A stretch of 64,000 nucleotides of DNA from Laetmonice hystrix (Eukaryota), in contig OZ249440.1 in the NCBI GenBank assembly GCA_965235115.1, positions 32,490,001 to 32,554,000 on the forward strand. The letters are read 5' to 3'. The translations under genes were made by a program, and so were the position numbers. The notes beneath the pieces were generated by a model. It had not been told where the DNA came from. It saw only the letters and a list, made by a program, of their open reading frames with translations, and did no database searches. The number at the start of each line of letters is the position of its first letter. The first letter of the stretch is position 1. Below, in pieces: positions 48,357 through 60,938 of this stretch.

Positions 48357-48781
48357 CAGACCTGCCAACGTCCCGTTGTTTTGCGGGACATTCCCGCATT
48401 TTGATTGTCTGCCCCGCATCCCGCAAACACCCTTAGAAATGCAATATTTGTCCCAAATCTGATTGCTAATTCAGAGCCCGCTTTTACATCCTAATATCAA
48501 CTCACTAAACTGGTTCCCAATCTAGTGTCTCATATTCTGTCTCTAGTTAAAGGCCTAAGCCCAGTTGGTTCATCGCATAGCCTCCTTCCTTACCAAAGCT
48601 AAAAACTTAAAAAGGATACTGTAACCTATGTAGAAATCAAATGTTTTTTTAACGGTAAATTATAGTTTCAGTTTTGTACTATCTGCTTTGTCCCTGATGT
48701 CCCATTGAAAAAAATCTACAAAATCATGCTGTTTTGGGGGATGATGTCCCGCATATAAACAGAATAAGGTTGGCAGGTCTG
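48357..48781. mobile_element. hAT-like MITE
   Basis: TIR CAGACCTGCCAAC; no clear TSD. Confidence 0.7.
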
Positions 48782-50412
48782 CCCATAGCGTGTCGGACCA
48801 ACGGGCTGTCAGACCAATGGGCCCACCCCGAAACAAAGTGCTCGTGGCGATTGTGCTGTCTGCACTGGCGGATCCAGGATTTCACTAAAGGGGGGGGGGG
48901 GCACATAAAAGCAATTCATGATTATTTGCATTACTAATTAAAGCTCATGCTCTTGAATGACAGTTTTAGAGATATAGGCCTACATAATTGCTCGAGGTTT
49001 CTCTGAGACACACTGTCAGTGTTAAAATTAACTAGAAACTCTGATTGCCAAGCAATACAGGTAGGATCCCATTTCCCCAATGGTTTTCTATCATTACCTA
49101 CATTTTTCTCTCCTTTAATTTGACTGTCCCGTGATTCCGCCAACTGTTCCACAGGTATACTTGACACTGCCGTGCCAACATTACCTCTGGAGGTTATTTT
49201 CATTTACATGGAATTTACTATCTAAGTACCCCTTTGACAATTATGAAATAGTATAGTCCTTAAACCTGTTATCGGCATCATGAACAATTGACACGGATAG
49301 GCCTAGGGGGCTATAAAAAAGCGCCCTGCCAGGTCAGTGTCACACAAGGCCAATGGGTGTGAATGTCATCCACACCAGGCTTTTGACTCAGGCTGAAACG
49401 AAGTGCAACTGACCAAAAAGTTTAGCATGTCCCCTTAATTCCACAGCCAACAATCAAAGTATTCTTTTATTCAGCACTCCTCCCATGTAAGATTCAAAAA
49501 CATATACATTAGTCAGTTAGCCTACACCCCCAGTTCAAAACCACAGTTAATTCAATTATGTCAGTTCTAAATACACATATTCCTCCAACCCCCACCCTGA
49601 CTGGGAGGCAAGGGAGAGTATCCAAAACATGTATTAGACAGAACCTACCGTTTAGAGGCACAGTTAATTCAGTAATGTCAGTTTGGAATACACATAGGCC
49701 GACTGCAGACGGCCGCGTCACAGTAGGAGATCTGTGTATTCCAACCTCTATTCACAGTCGGTGGCCTCATCATACACACATTTCAAGTATATAGCCTGTC
49801 AACGTCAGATTACATATTTTATCATAAATAAAAAGATATTGGTAAATTTATGCAAAAAGTTATGCAAAGTGACCAATCTTTAATATGACCACACATCTAG
49901 TGAGCAAATATATAATTCCTATCTCGTTGAAGCAATTTTAGCAAAAAGTGCCAAAAGTGCCAAATTTCAAAGTCACGTGACTCTCTTAATATAGGTCAAA
50001 TTCCTGACTTCAAATCGTTCCAATAAAGAGCCACCTTATGAGACTCTTCAGGCACACATTGGCTACATATTGCAAAATATTGAGGGAGGAGATGCAATTT
50101 AAGTTGTTTAACATCTTTGACCTAGATCTCACAAAGGTCAAAGGTAAGAGGTCAAATTCAGGTGCATGACGATTAATGCCTAAGTGCCTAATTAGGAACT
50201 GCCATGGAGATTGCTCCTACTTTTCCAGAAATTCAAGAAATGAGCCCTCATTTGAGCAACTTTAACACGTCATAAGTCATTGACGTGACGTCATATGACG
50301 TAATCAGTCAATAGCTGATCATTTTAGTGGATGATCAATGTTCCCTGCAAGTTTCATGACGATACCTCCATAGATAACCGAGATAGAGCAAAAGGTCACT
50401 ACACCAATAATC

Positions 50413-50498
50413 AGAAGAAGAAGAAGAAGAAGAAGAAGAAGAAGAAGAAGAAGAAGAAGAAGAAGAAGAAGAAGAAGAAGAAGAAGAAGAAAAAGAAG
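50413..50498. repeat. (GAA)n microsatellite
   Basis: More than 25 GAA units. Confidence 0.98.
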
Positions 50499-50763
50499 AC
50501 AAACTGTCTGAGGAACACAAACTGTCAGGTGATGACTTTGCGGCTGGAAATGAAGGTCAGAACGTAATGACAGTAAGACGCAGGAGGGGCGGTGGACCCA
50601 GATGTTACAAGTGTCAAAAGCTAGGTCAGATCAGCGTGATTGCCCAAACTTGAATAACAGTAATAGCAAGACTGGAATCAAGCCTAAAAGTAAACCCAAA
50701 CCATCATAGAGGGTGTATAATGCTCGGTCTGAGGACCAGAATGAGTCATGCGAGTCATCTAGT

Positions 50764-51165
50764 GTTCTACCACTCCTAGCCGTGCATTCCCTATAGAGAA
50801 CAATGGATTAACACCGTGCTGTTGGTCCTGAGACCAACAGCACAGTACAAAGGACCAACAGCACGGTCAGGGGTTGTAAGAAAGAACGTGATTGGTTGAG
50901 AATATATTATGCTAATGAGCCAGAGACCGTTGCATCATCCACCATGGAGGGGCCCGTGGGCGGGGCCTAAACTTTTAAGGTGCGAGCATATTGACCAATC
51001 AAGTGGCGCCTTTCATAATGTGCTCGGAATGCACTGGTGGTAAACACAGTCGTAATGCAGATCGTGTAGGGGCCTAACTCGATTTAGTAAGCCTTTTTTA
51101 TGATGTTTTAGGTAATATTTATGAAATAAAATAGTGTCTAAGATATGGTATTGTCATGGTAGAAC
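50764..51165. mobile_element. MITE inside Copia gag-pol
   Basis: TIR GTTCTACCA; 3-bp TSD AGT; removing it restores the frame (ESSS|LDVGLLTEH). Confidence 0.7.
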
Positions 51166-51251
51166 AGTTTAGATGTCGGTTTGTTGACTGAACATGTGAT
51201 GTCAGTACGTGATGGCGGATCCACTGAATGGATCATTGACTCAGATGCACC

Positions 51252-51819
51252 TAGACGTGGACACCCTTAACAGCTTCGCGTTAAGGATGTGGGACAAGCC
51301 ATAGAGAATTTACCAAATGCGTGGGTTGACTCGGTTTCAACGCCGATTTCAAACCCCTGTCGCGATGTCTACTTACAATAAAATGCCCATGTTAATGTGT
51401 ATAGTGTTCGCTAGGATCTTGGTCAAGGAATTGTCTATTCCGAAGGTGACTTTGACTTGTTGGGCCTTTTGTTGTAAGTTCAGTCCGACTTTTTAAAACT
51501 CTCCATCGCGATGATAACATGAATCAGCTGGTTCCGGTTCCATTTGCACATGCGCAGTACCGACAGACAACAATGGCGGACAGGAACGAATCTTCGATTT
51601 GCTTCGGTTCAGGGTATAAAAACGGCCGTAATATATTACAGAAGGAGCGCATTACTTCCTAAACTATGCGCTGCACGTCGTCAGATGTAAATGGAAGTAA
51701 TCATGTATTCGTAGAGATATGAATCGGTGCCGTTTCTTTATTGGAAGGGATTTTGCAAAATCTCTATGATGATTCCAACGACCCTAACACGCTAGTGTAT
51801 AGGGGAGAGTCAACGGCTA
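51252..51819. mobile_element. TAG...CTA element (Academ-like) inside the Copia protease
   Basis: TAGACGTGGAC / GTCAACGGCTA termini; perfect 9-bp TSD AGATGCACC. Confidence 0.85.
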
Positions 51820-52481
51820 AGATGCACCTTGCCATATGTGTACAGAGAAAGAGGCATTCAGTGATTATGTGCCGCTAAAGCCACCTCAGGACATCTCACT
51901 GGGAGATGGACGAAATGTAAAAGCGGTGGGTAAGGGTACGGTTAACCTGCAGGTGGACAGGCCCGTAGCCAGGGGGGGTGACGTGGGGTACGCGTCCCCC
52001 CCCCCACGCAGTGGCAGGTCCGGATGTTTTGGGGGGGCCTGTGTGTTTAAAAAAAAACCAGCACCCTAATGTAACATACTCATAGCAGGCCCGTACCTAG
52101 GCTAGCCTTGGGGAGTTACTTGGGTTACTCGTAACCTACCCGCAGAGCCAGCCAAGGTCCGCCTAGTCAAGATAAAAAGGTCTGCCCAGGGGCGCGAGAC
52201 CGTTGGGGGGGGGGGGGGGGGCAAAATATGCCCCGCCTACTGAAAAAAATACCCAGATGTATGTTCGTTAGGCCTCCAATTTCTCTTTTTTTTTCTGGGG
52301 GAACATGGCCCGGGCGTCAGATGCAGACCCCCCTATACCACGCCCATATTCAGTATGACCTGACCAGAATTGTCAGGCGAAGGGAAAAAAGGGGCCCTTA
52401 GCCATTAGCCAAGTTCCTTGCTTCTGGCATTTGCAGATTATATCTAAAATCCGGTTGGGATATCAGGTCAGTCATGGACCC

Positions 52482-52942
52482 CACTCGGAACACCGACGCT
52501 GCTTCTGATTGGCTGTTTCTAGGTTATATCCGGAGGCGAAGCAGGCCTCGGATGTATGAAGCGGCCATTTTCCCGTTTTTCGTGCAAAGTAGTGTAAAGC
52601 GGTCGCACATGAACACAAGAGTAAATAGTCGACCCCTACGCACAGGCACATAGGCCTAGTTCAAATATAATTTCTCAGCATACATATCCTTCTCGAATTT
52701 TCTATCGTGGAGACAAAACAGTCTCTTCTTCACCTGGGAGGAAACCCAGATATTCTGACTTTGTAAAGTCCGACACTAGGGAGTTCTACATTTTCGGCAC
52801 GGCGGCAGCGCGCGAGTTTGTTGTTTACATCCGGGTCAGTGGTCCCGACCTTGCCACCCACCCACCCCACCCCCCAGCATGGCGACCTTAGTCGTACAGC
52901 CGAGATATGACGCGATAGAGTCAATTGTGGGTGAGCCGAGTG
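52482..52942. mobile_element. Non-autonomous DNA transposon, copy 2 (CACTCGG...CCGAGTG family)
   Basis: 7-bp TIR; 10-bp TSD TCATGGACCC (52472-81 / 52943-52). Confidence 0.88.
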
Positions 52943-53589
52943 TCATGGACCCAACTCATACCTTTTTGGCCCCCATGGAGGGCACCCACGCCCCAGCCCC
53001 ATGCTATTTCCGCTACTGGACCGGACTCCATAATACCCGACCCATCAAATGTGTAAGGCAAATTTTGGGTTGGAATAGCATATGTTCAGGTAATCATCTG
53101 CCCAAATTACAAGAGTCTTTGCATAATGTGCCTCAGTAATTGCTCTAAGATTTCTGAAATATGGCCAAAAGGCCTTATATGGAGGCCGCACAAGTTAATA
53201 CAAGTTTTACACATTCGAACATTAGCTGTACAGATATTGGTTGGAAAAGAGACATAATTCAGACACAAAAATCGTGCATTTTCTATAGTAAGAGATAGGA
53301 CGACTGTTTGTTTACTCGCAACTTCAAAACGAGCCTTCCCGTGCAACTCTGCCCATGCGCTCCGTCGAACTATAAACTGGTGTATTTACAAGTAATGAAC
53401 AGAGTTCTGCTGCTGACTGGCCTAACTTTTCATAGACAATGCCTTTTCGAACTGACCTATATTGATCATGTGATAGAATTCATTTTTTTTCGATTGGTCA
53501 GTCGTCTTCATGTCTATGACATTAAATGACATCAAAGATCATAGTGACATTTACATGCAACTTCAAACACAGATGTTGCACTGGGGGCA

Positions 53590-55200
53590 TTATGTCAGGC
53601 CGCCATGTTTACAAAAACTCTGTGGATTCAATTTATGAATATATGCCCTTATGTAAGTATATGGACTCTAGCAGGTCGCTACGTTTATATGACCACTGCA
53701 TTGGGGCGTGTCACCTCGCTGATATCTCCTCTATGTTGCATTTCACTATTCATCTGACTACCGGATCGCCATGCTCAGCTTATCACTGTGGTGGTCCACC
53801 AATGTGTCAGCCAGGGATGTATATCAATATGGTGCGTCGCCATCCATATAGTAAGTGTCTCTAACCTATGGCGTGTTGGCCTTGGTTATGTGTCTGATAT
53901 GGCATATCACCTTCAGTATGGCGGGTCGCCACTCTTGTGTAACTTATTGGCGTGTCGGCCACATATGGCGTGTCGGCCACGTATGGCGCGTCGGCCATGT
54001 ATGGCGTGTCGGCCACGTATGGCATGTCGGCCATGATAGGCGTCGATATAGCGTGTTGGCAGCAATATGGCAGGCCGCCGTGCCATGATGACCACTATGG
54101 CATGCCGCCTCATTGATATGTCCACTGTGATGGGTCACCATGTTCATTGGACTTCATGGCCGTGTTGTCATGTTTAGCTGACCACCAAGGCATTTCGCCA
54201 GCAGGTTTGTACGGCTTCTCTTCCAGTCTTAAAAATCCCGTAATTCCCATGTATTTGTGTGCCATAATACGTTCTGTGTTCATTGACTTCCTGTCTCACC
54301 GTAATGGCATTTCATTATTTCGCCATGTCTACTAAAACTGGGCATTCAAGTCATGTTATATCTTATGCCCTTGGGTAATATATGCCCTTATGTAATATAG
54401 ATGCCCTTATTAAGTATGTTCTGATATCCCCGTAACGGTCGCTATGTTTATACGACCACTGTTTGGGACGTGTCACCTTGCTGATGTTCTCTATGTTGCA
54501 TTGCTGTATTCATCCGACTACCGGGACGGATCGCCATGCCGAGATGACCACCGTGCTGCGTCGCCATGTTCAGCTTAGCACTGTGGTGGTCCACCAGCGT
54601 GTCGACCAGGGATGTATCAATATGGCGCGTCGCCATCCATAGAGTAAGTGTGTCTAACCCGTATGGCGTGTCAGCCTTGCTTGTGTGTCTGACATGGCAT
54701 GTCGCCATCAGTATGGCGTGTCGCCACTCTTGTGTAACTTATATGGCGTGTCGGCCACCTATGGCATGTCGGCCATGATAGACGTCGATATGGCATGTCT
54801 CCATTAATATGGCAGATCGGCTTACTGAGATGACCACTATGGCATGCCGCCTCGCTGATATGACCACTGTGGTGGGTCACCATGTTCATCGGATCTGCTG
54901 GCCGTGTCGTCATTTTCAGTAGACCACTAAGGCATATCGCCAGGTTTTCTTTTCCTGTCTTAAAAATTCTTGTATCTGTGTGCCGTAATACATTCTGTGT
55001 TCAGCGACTTCCTGTCTATTCACCGCAATGGCATTTCATTAGCTGTGACCACTGTGAGGTCGCCATGTTTACAAAAACTGTGTGCATTCAAAGTGTATCA
55101 TTCAAGGCGTATCGCCTCGCTGACATGTTGTATGTTGTATTGCCATTCATCGACCACCGGGACGGATCACCATGCCGAGATGACCACCTTGCCGTATCGC
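53590..55200. repeat. Diverged ~0.8-kb tandem duplication with internal 18-bp repeats
   Basis: About 53600-54350 resembles about 54380-55090; TATGGCGTGTCGGCCACG repeats at 53945-54035. Confidence 0.7.
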
Positions 55201-55899
55201 CATTTTCAGACAACCACTCTGGCGGGTTGCCAGTTCGATCTTCCACCACTTTGGCTTGTCGCCTTGATCATTTTGACCACTATGATGCGTCGCCATGTTG
55301 AACCAATGGGGCATCTTTCCATGGCCATGGGATATCCTTGGCGGGTCGTCTGATTTGTATGACTTCTTTTGCTCAATTCCACCAGCCTATAGTTTCCGTT
55401 TTATAACTCGTTCTGTGGGTACCATACATTTCTCATAATGTTAATTCTTGACTTTGTACACTGAGTCGAAACATTTATTTCATTTATTAATTTCTGTCAA
55501 ACAGATTTATAATACCTGCTGTGTGGTTCAGGGAATTTATAGAGAACGTTCAGATATTCTCAAACTTACATGATGGACAGAGGATGATTTCATTTGAACA
55601 TGATGTATACTGTCCTAAAATATAATTTTGTGCCAGAATGTCGGCAGCCTGATTTTCTAACTTTGAGGAGTATGATGCTTCCCAAACGCTGTATGGTTCG
55701 TTTTCCCGGCTGTTGGTTTTCCCCTGACTGTTTCAGGTTATATAGTCAATGAGCCGAGTCAAAGCTCCTGCGGCTTCGCCGATGTCTTTATCCTCTCAAG
55801 ATTAGAATGGTGGTCCTTAAGCAAGTCCATCTCGTTCGGGTGGTGCATCTTTGACTCTGACCCAAAAATTCGGGGAAAACTGTATGTTATACTATCCTG

Positions 55900-57198
55900 G
55901 TGAGCCAGGTATCACCTTTACGCTTTTCCAGGGTTTTTCCCTCAAGTAGGTTTTATCCCTGGTTTTTGGTGCTGAAGGTTACACGGCCCCTAACGGGTCA
56001 AGTTGAGGTGTTTGAAAGGTGTTCTAATTTTCCAATGACATTTCACCCAGAAGTTTATGGGCGTTTCTTAAGGTGTAGACCTTTTCAACCTTGACATTAT
56101 TTTAATTCAGTATGTATCTATTTGCCCGTGAGTGGCCTCGTTCTGTTTACATTCTGAGTTTACAGCTTGGACACTTCATGGTATGACTTTCAGGGCTTCC
56201 GAGTCGGGGGCCACATCAATTTATTCATCTTCCTTTCCTGGTGGCTCCAGCTGTATCTTCGCTCCAGCTCAGCTTCGCTCTACCTTCATATGTAAATTGA
56301 CAGTACGATGTATATAATGTATAGTTTCAAGTTTATATTGATTGCTTCTTGTGAGTCCCCCTAGCGGGGATCGATGGGAAATGAGATAATAAATGTAACC
56401 CATGACAACAGCAATCTGGTTTCTGAGTTTTGTCTACATAAATAACGAGCTTGGCGCCACACGCCGGGAGCCTTTATGTGGACAAAACGACCTCAATGAG
56501 TTCCTTGTGAAGATTAGATATCCAAACTGCCGATCCTTAAAAGTATCCTGGACTAATTATACAATTAATGCCTCCATGTTGTTTCCTGTTCAGTTATCCA
56601 GAGAGGGGAGACGGAAGTCGACTCCCAAGTTAGCTGGCAGAGATCTGACCAGTGGTATAAATACGTTCACCGGTGCACGTCACGGTCTCACCGACCACAT
56701 CGATTTCGACACTGCAGCAACTTGTTCGGACAACCCGCCACCGCCCCTTCACCGCCTACATGTCTTCGGGTGTTTGGTAGTCGTTTACTCCGCCTTCTAC
56801 AGACGGGGTCTAGGGTTTATGGGGTAGGAGGGTAGGGTCCTGAGGTCAGCATGGCTGCTCAGATTTTGGCTTTCGGGAGGGTTAGGGGATGTGTGCCACG
56901 AGAGATGTGATTCTACGGAACGAGGTGGAGAGTAATTCTGTGGGTGGCCTTGTATGTTACCACCTAGTAAAGGGAAATGTCTTCCATTCCTATAATTATT
57001 CTGGTGATAAGTAATTACCTTATATCGATTTATGTATTGTTTCTAAGTATGGACAAATCATTGAGCTATTTTACCTTCATATGTAAATTGACAGTACGAT
57101 GTATATAACGTATAGTTTCAAGTTTATATTGATTGCTTCTTGTGAGTCCCCCTAGCGGGGATCGACGGGTTATGAGATAATAAATGTAACCCATGACA
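55900..57198 (+). mobile_element. 3' end of a Ngaro/DIRS-like tyrosine-recombinase retrotransposon (YR relic, then B1-A2-B2 split repeats)
   Basis: 127-bp direct repeats at 56281-56407 and 57072-57198 (about 4 mismatches); inverted-repeat junction at 56425-56490; TATAAAT followed by C-rich then G-rich tracts; decayed 'LDTSWYDFQGFRVG' at about 56167-56210 resembles the YR HSFRIGAAT box. Confidence 0.55.
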
Positions 57199-57326
57199 CG
57201 ATACCGGCTTGTAAACGTGTATGTTTCTCTTATACACAAGCCCACTGACGGTAATCGGTAAACTAGAGATTGCTCAGTTGAACAAACAGTGCATTAGGTG
57301 TAGAGGTCTGTGAAGTCTGATAGTAC

Positions 57327-57457
57327 CTGTCCTGGAGGTCTGGTCATGGCTACCTCCATCCACTCGTCGAAGTTTTCCTGTTCGGGTCCGTACGACCACA
57401 GCCAGTAGTCTGGCACTCGATCTGCCTTGTCGTTCAGAACCACACGTCCCGACATCC
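57327..57457 (-). CDS. Receptor guanylyl cyclase, exon C (ANF-receptor ligand-binding domain)
   Basis: tag|...|gtacta; 131 nt, phase 1/0; G-MSGRVVLNDKADRVPDYWLWSYGPEQENFDEWMEVAMTRPPGQ, resembling the 'G-x-SG-x-V...DR-x-x-DY' motif. Confidence 0.9.
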
Positions 57458-58104
57458 CTACCAATAGAAACACTGCCTTAGAAACTTTATTTCAGAATTC
57501 TAGAATATAGTACATAATATATATATTCACAATCCACCTCTTTTAGACAAGAAACACATTACGACGTTCAAGGAACCCAAGTAAAGGTATTGACAGATTG
57601 TAAAGGCTAAACAATAATTAGGTATGTGCATCACAGGGGATTCCACTAGGGAATTCCATCCATCTTTGTAATTATAGATGTCTATCGTGGTGGACAGACG
57701 GTATGTATCTCTTCCCCACTTCTCCTCGTTTGTACCCGCTTTGGGAAAGTGTTGTGACCGCATGCTCATTTACACTTGTACATAATTTAATCGGAGCAGG
57801 CGCAGTTAAGGGGAGTGCTCCCATTTATGTTAATCGCTTTATTTAGGCTCTGCTAGTGCAAGAAAAATGTATGATGTCAATGGTCACGCGTGTGCCAACC
57901 CTTCTGCTGGGGCATTATACATTGGGGGGGGGGGGGGGGAGTTTGCCTGTAGAAAAGCGTACCTTAATTCAGAGTTCAAAAATTAGGAATTGTAAGGTTA
58001 CCTTGTATTAATATGAGAACATTCGATGCACTGCATGCATTGACAATGCCGACTCTAACTTTTGGACTGCACACTGAAAAGTGAGAGGTCTCTCGGGTGC
58101 TCAC

Positions 58105-58240
58105 CTTCAAAAACTCGGTTGCGGGATTTCTCAAACATGAGCGTTCCATTGACGGGACTTTTACCCTCAGCCTCGGTTTCGTTCACCAGGGTCAGGTAGA
58201 GCCAGACGGCATCGTAGAGAAAGAGAGAGATGATGGAACC
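58105..58240 (-). CDS. Receptor guanylyl cyclase, exon B (ANF-receptor ligand-binding domain)
   Basis: cag|...|gtgagc; 136 nt; GSIISLFLYDAVWLYLTLVNETEAEGKSPVNGTLMFEKSRNRVFE-G, resembling the NPR 'F-D-A-x-LY...NET...G...NRTF-G' segment. Confidence 0.9.
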
Positions 58241-58709
58241 CTGTGGAAAAGGCACAGCTTGACAAAGATCACGTGTCGGACGCAGGACTCACACATCCAC
58301 AGATATCACAGAAGTTTCAGTGTACCGGGTACAATTTCCTTGTATGTCATAACTGCCCCCCCCCCCCAAATACAGGTAGGGTCTCAACTGAGTCCCCTCC
58401 ATAGGCCTATGTTAATATAATTATATTTTGTTGTTATTGGCCCCAAAACGCTTAAAAATTATATGCTTTATATTCGTTCCCAATTCACATATCACAGTCA
58501 ACGCAGAACTATGTATTGTTTACAAAATTTAGATAGACTCTTTCTCACATTTGCAGCCATTTCCAGATATACAACAATGTATCCATGCATACACATTTTT
58601 AGGTTTGGTTAAAGCTCTACTTTTTGTGCCTCTATATATTACATTACATTGGACATCATATAACAGAAGAATGGTTGACACTGAAAGCCATAATTATGTA
58701 GGTGCCAAC

Positions 58710-58823
58710 CTTCCAACCCTTGATGAGACTAGTGTTCGAGTACCAGGGCGCCTCCAAGTTGCCTTTTGGGATCTCGTCGTAGAACCTCTCCACCCGCGGA
58801 CCTTGCAGACTGGCCATCGTGAT
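58710..58823 (-). CDS. Receptor guanylyl cyclase (natriuretic peptide receptor-like), internal exon A, extracellular domain
   Basis: cag|...|gttggc boundaries; 114 nt, phase 0/0; ITMASLQGPRVERFYDEIPKGNLEAPWYSNTSLIKGWK; joins exon B in frame. Confidence 0.75.
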
Positions 58824-59315
58824 CTGGTAATGACGTGAGAAGAGGACTATTCTGTTAGGACGATTTAATCAGAGAAACTCGCTGTGATACCCCCATCCCC
58901 TTAATTAGTCGCTTCAAATTGAACTGTCTTGGAAAGTTTTGCTCCAAAAACTCCCCTTCCGAGGTGCACAACAGGCCCATACCTCATGACCTGTATCTCT
59001 TGCCGGTGTAACACCCTCAAATCACTACCCAGCTCAAACCACCACAGTGGTTTGGGGTACACCCAAAGCACTACTGTCACGCCCAAAGCACTACCCCTGC
59101 CCTGGAAATCTCAAAACACTACCCACGCTTAAAATACTCCCCCACCCATAGGTGTCAGTTCCTTTTGAAAGGGGGGGGGGGGCTTCTGAAAGTGAAGGGG
59201 GAGTCCTGAAACTTGTCTGATTTTTATTTTGATGTTTGCAGCAGGTGTTCGTGACAAAGCAATCAAGCAAAGTTAGGGGCTCTGAGGCATAGTCCAGAAA
59301 ACGATTTTAGGACTG

Positions 59316-59468
59316 GGCCAGTTTTACTAAAGGTCCTTATTTAACGACGTCGCAAATTTAACATAGAAGTGAATGGGTTGCTAGGTCGAAAATAACGACC
59401 TAGCAACCATTCACTTATATATTAAATTAGCGACGTCATTAAATAAGGTCCTTTTGTAAAACCGGCCC
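59316..59468. mobile_element. Hairpin MITE
   Basis: GGCCAGTTTTAC...GTAAAACCGGCC; nearly palindromic throughout. Confidence 0.75.
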
Positions 59469-60431
59469 ATGGAGTGCTCTGTTGTACTTTGAATTGTGAA
59501 GGCCAAAAATTACACTTTGTCTAATAACAGAAAAACAACTTTTTTCTTTTGTGAAAAAAGTGGGGGGGCGCTCAGGGCCGTGACTGGGGGGGGGGTCAGT
59601 AACCCCCCATTTACACAAATTCCTGAAAATTATCACTTTTGAAATATCATTTCAGACCTTATGTTGTGCTCTAAGATGCACCAAATAACTTAAATTTCAA
59701 CATTTTTCAAAGGGAGAATGCCTCCGGACCCACTAGCATGGCTTCGTACCTTTAGCGATCACCAAGTCCCCTGGCCCAAGTGTAAACCCCCTCAAAAAAG
59801 CCTGCGCACGGCACTGCCCCCCCCCCCCCCAATAATTATTACTTTCATTACGTTTACTCTTCTGCGAAGAGAGATTCCCAATGTTGGCCTACGTGGTTAT
59901 AAAACTACAGTAGCCTAATTGGAAGAAAACAATAATAGGACAAAAAATAAAAATTATTATATAAAAGGAAGAAAGGGATAAGGGCCCAGTTTTTCACAAA
60001 TTCTCATCTTAAAGCTACAGACCAAGTTCAAACTATCAATATAAGGGTGTTCAACATGGACAAGCTTGTTCCTACCTACAATGCTGTGATGGTCTGATTT
60101 TTAATAAAGGAATAATCAACTGAAATGTAGCTAGACATTCTCCACCTGGCTCCGTCTGCTTGTCTGCCCTACTTGTCCACGAATAGTTATGTGGCTGCCA
60201 GGCGGAACGAACCACGCAGATTCCAGGCCAGAGTTTCACTATTTACGTCTCGCTGCGATTCCACTTTTATCGGCAGGGACACATCATGGCATATGTAGAG
60301 AAACATTCTATTCTCTGTGGAACGGGGATGCTAGATCATTTTGTAGGGAAAGGTATCATTCGGGATGAAAAGTGCTGAACTATGATCCCTATGGGCACAC
60401 ATGCAGTTATGCGCAAATGAACCACATGAAA

Positions 60432-60712
60432 AAGTGTTGATTTGTTAAACATTGTAGGCACTTTTCGACTGCATACAGAGAGGCAGTTTTTCACAATAGT
60501 TTTCTGGTGCGCTACTGGTACATGCCTCCGTAGTGTACCACAATGAATGCCATAGAATTTGTGAAGGGAATACCTCGTGATCTGGAAAATGATCATTACT
60601 TTGACCCCAAGATCCGAAATTTGTTGGTTTTAGATCACCAGAAAACTGCATGAAAAAGTGCCTCTGCGCATGCATTCAAAAAGTGCCTCCAATGATTAAC
60701 AAATCAACACTT
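60432..60712. mobile_element. MITE
   Basis: About 65-bp imperfect inverted arms starting AAGTGTTGATTTGTTAA. Confidence 0.7.
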
Positions 60713-60816
60713 GCAGAGGGTGCTGTAGAATTCGGGTTTAAGGTTTTTGAACGAATCCTGGGATTTGTAGCTAAATTATGCGAGGGTAGTGTTTTGAGAG
60801 TCGGTAGAGTGTTCTG

Positions 60817-60938
60817 GGCCCGGTTCACAAAAAAAGTAAAGTCAATTTTAATTGACTTGAAGTCAATTCTACTTGAATGTGATTGGTTAAAATGGGTTTC
60901 AAGTTAATTAAAATTGACTTGACTTTGTGAACCGGGCC
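60817..60938. mobile_element. Hairpin Harbinger-like MITE
   Basis: TIR GGCCCGGTTCACAAA; 3-bp TSD CTG. Confidence 0.8.

Larger units (their letters stand above)
48080..51956 (+). pseudogene. Fragmented Ty1/Copia gag-protease, interrupted by several insertions
   Basis: 48080-48247 LKGENYPSWRIQCQMTLIKDGLWGIV (Copia gag N-terminus); about 50600 CYKCQKLG..RDCP knuckle (frameshifted); about 51225 EWIIDSDA; 51830-51956 CHMCTEKEAFSDY...ISLGDGRNVKAVGKGTV (Copia protease). Confidence 0.8.

Noticed and set aside
50331..50567. Poly-Lys / poly-Ser ORFs
   Set aside because: Translations of the (GAA)n microsatellite.
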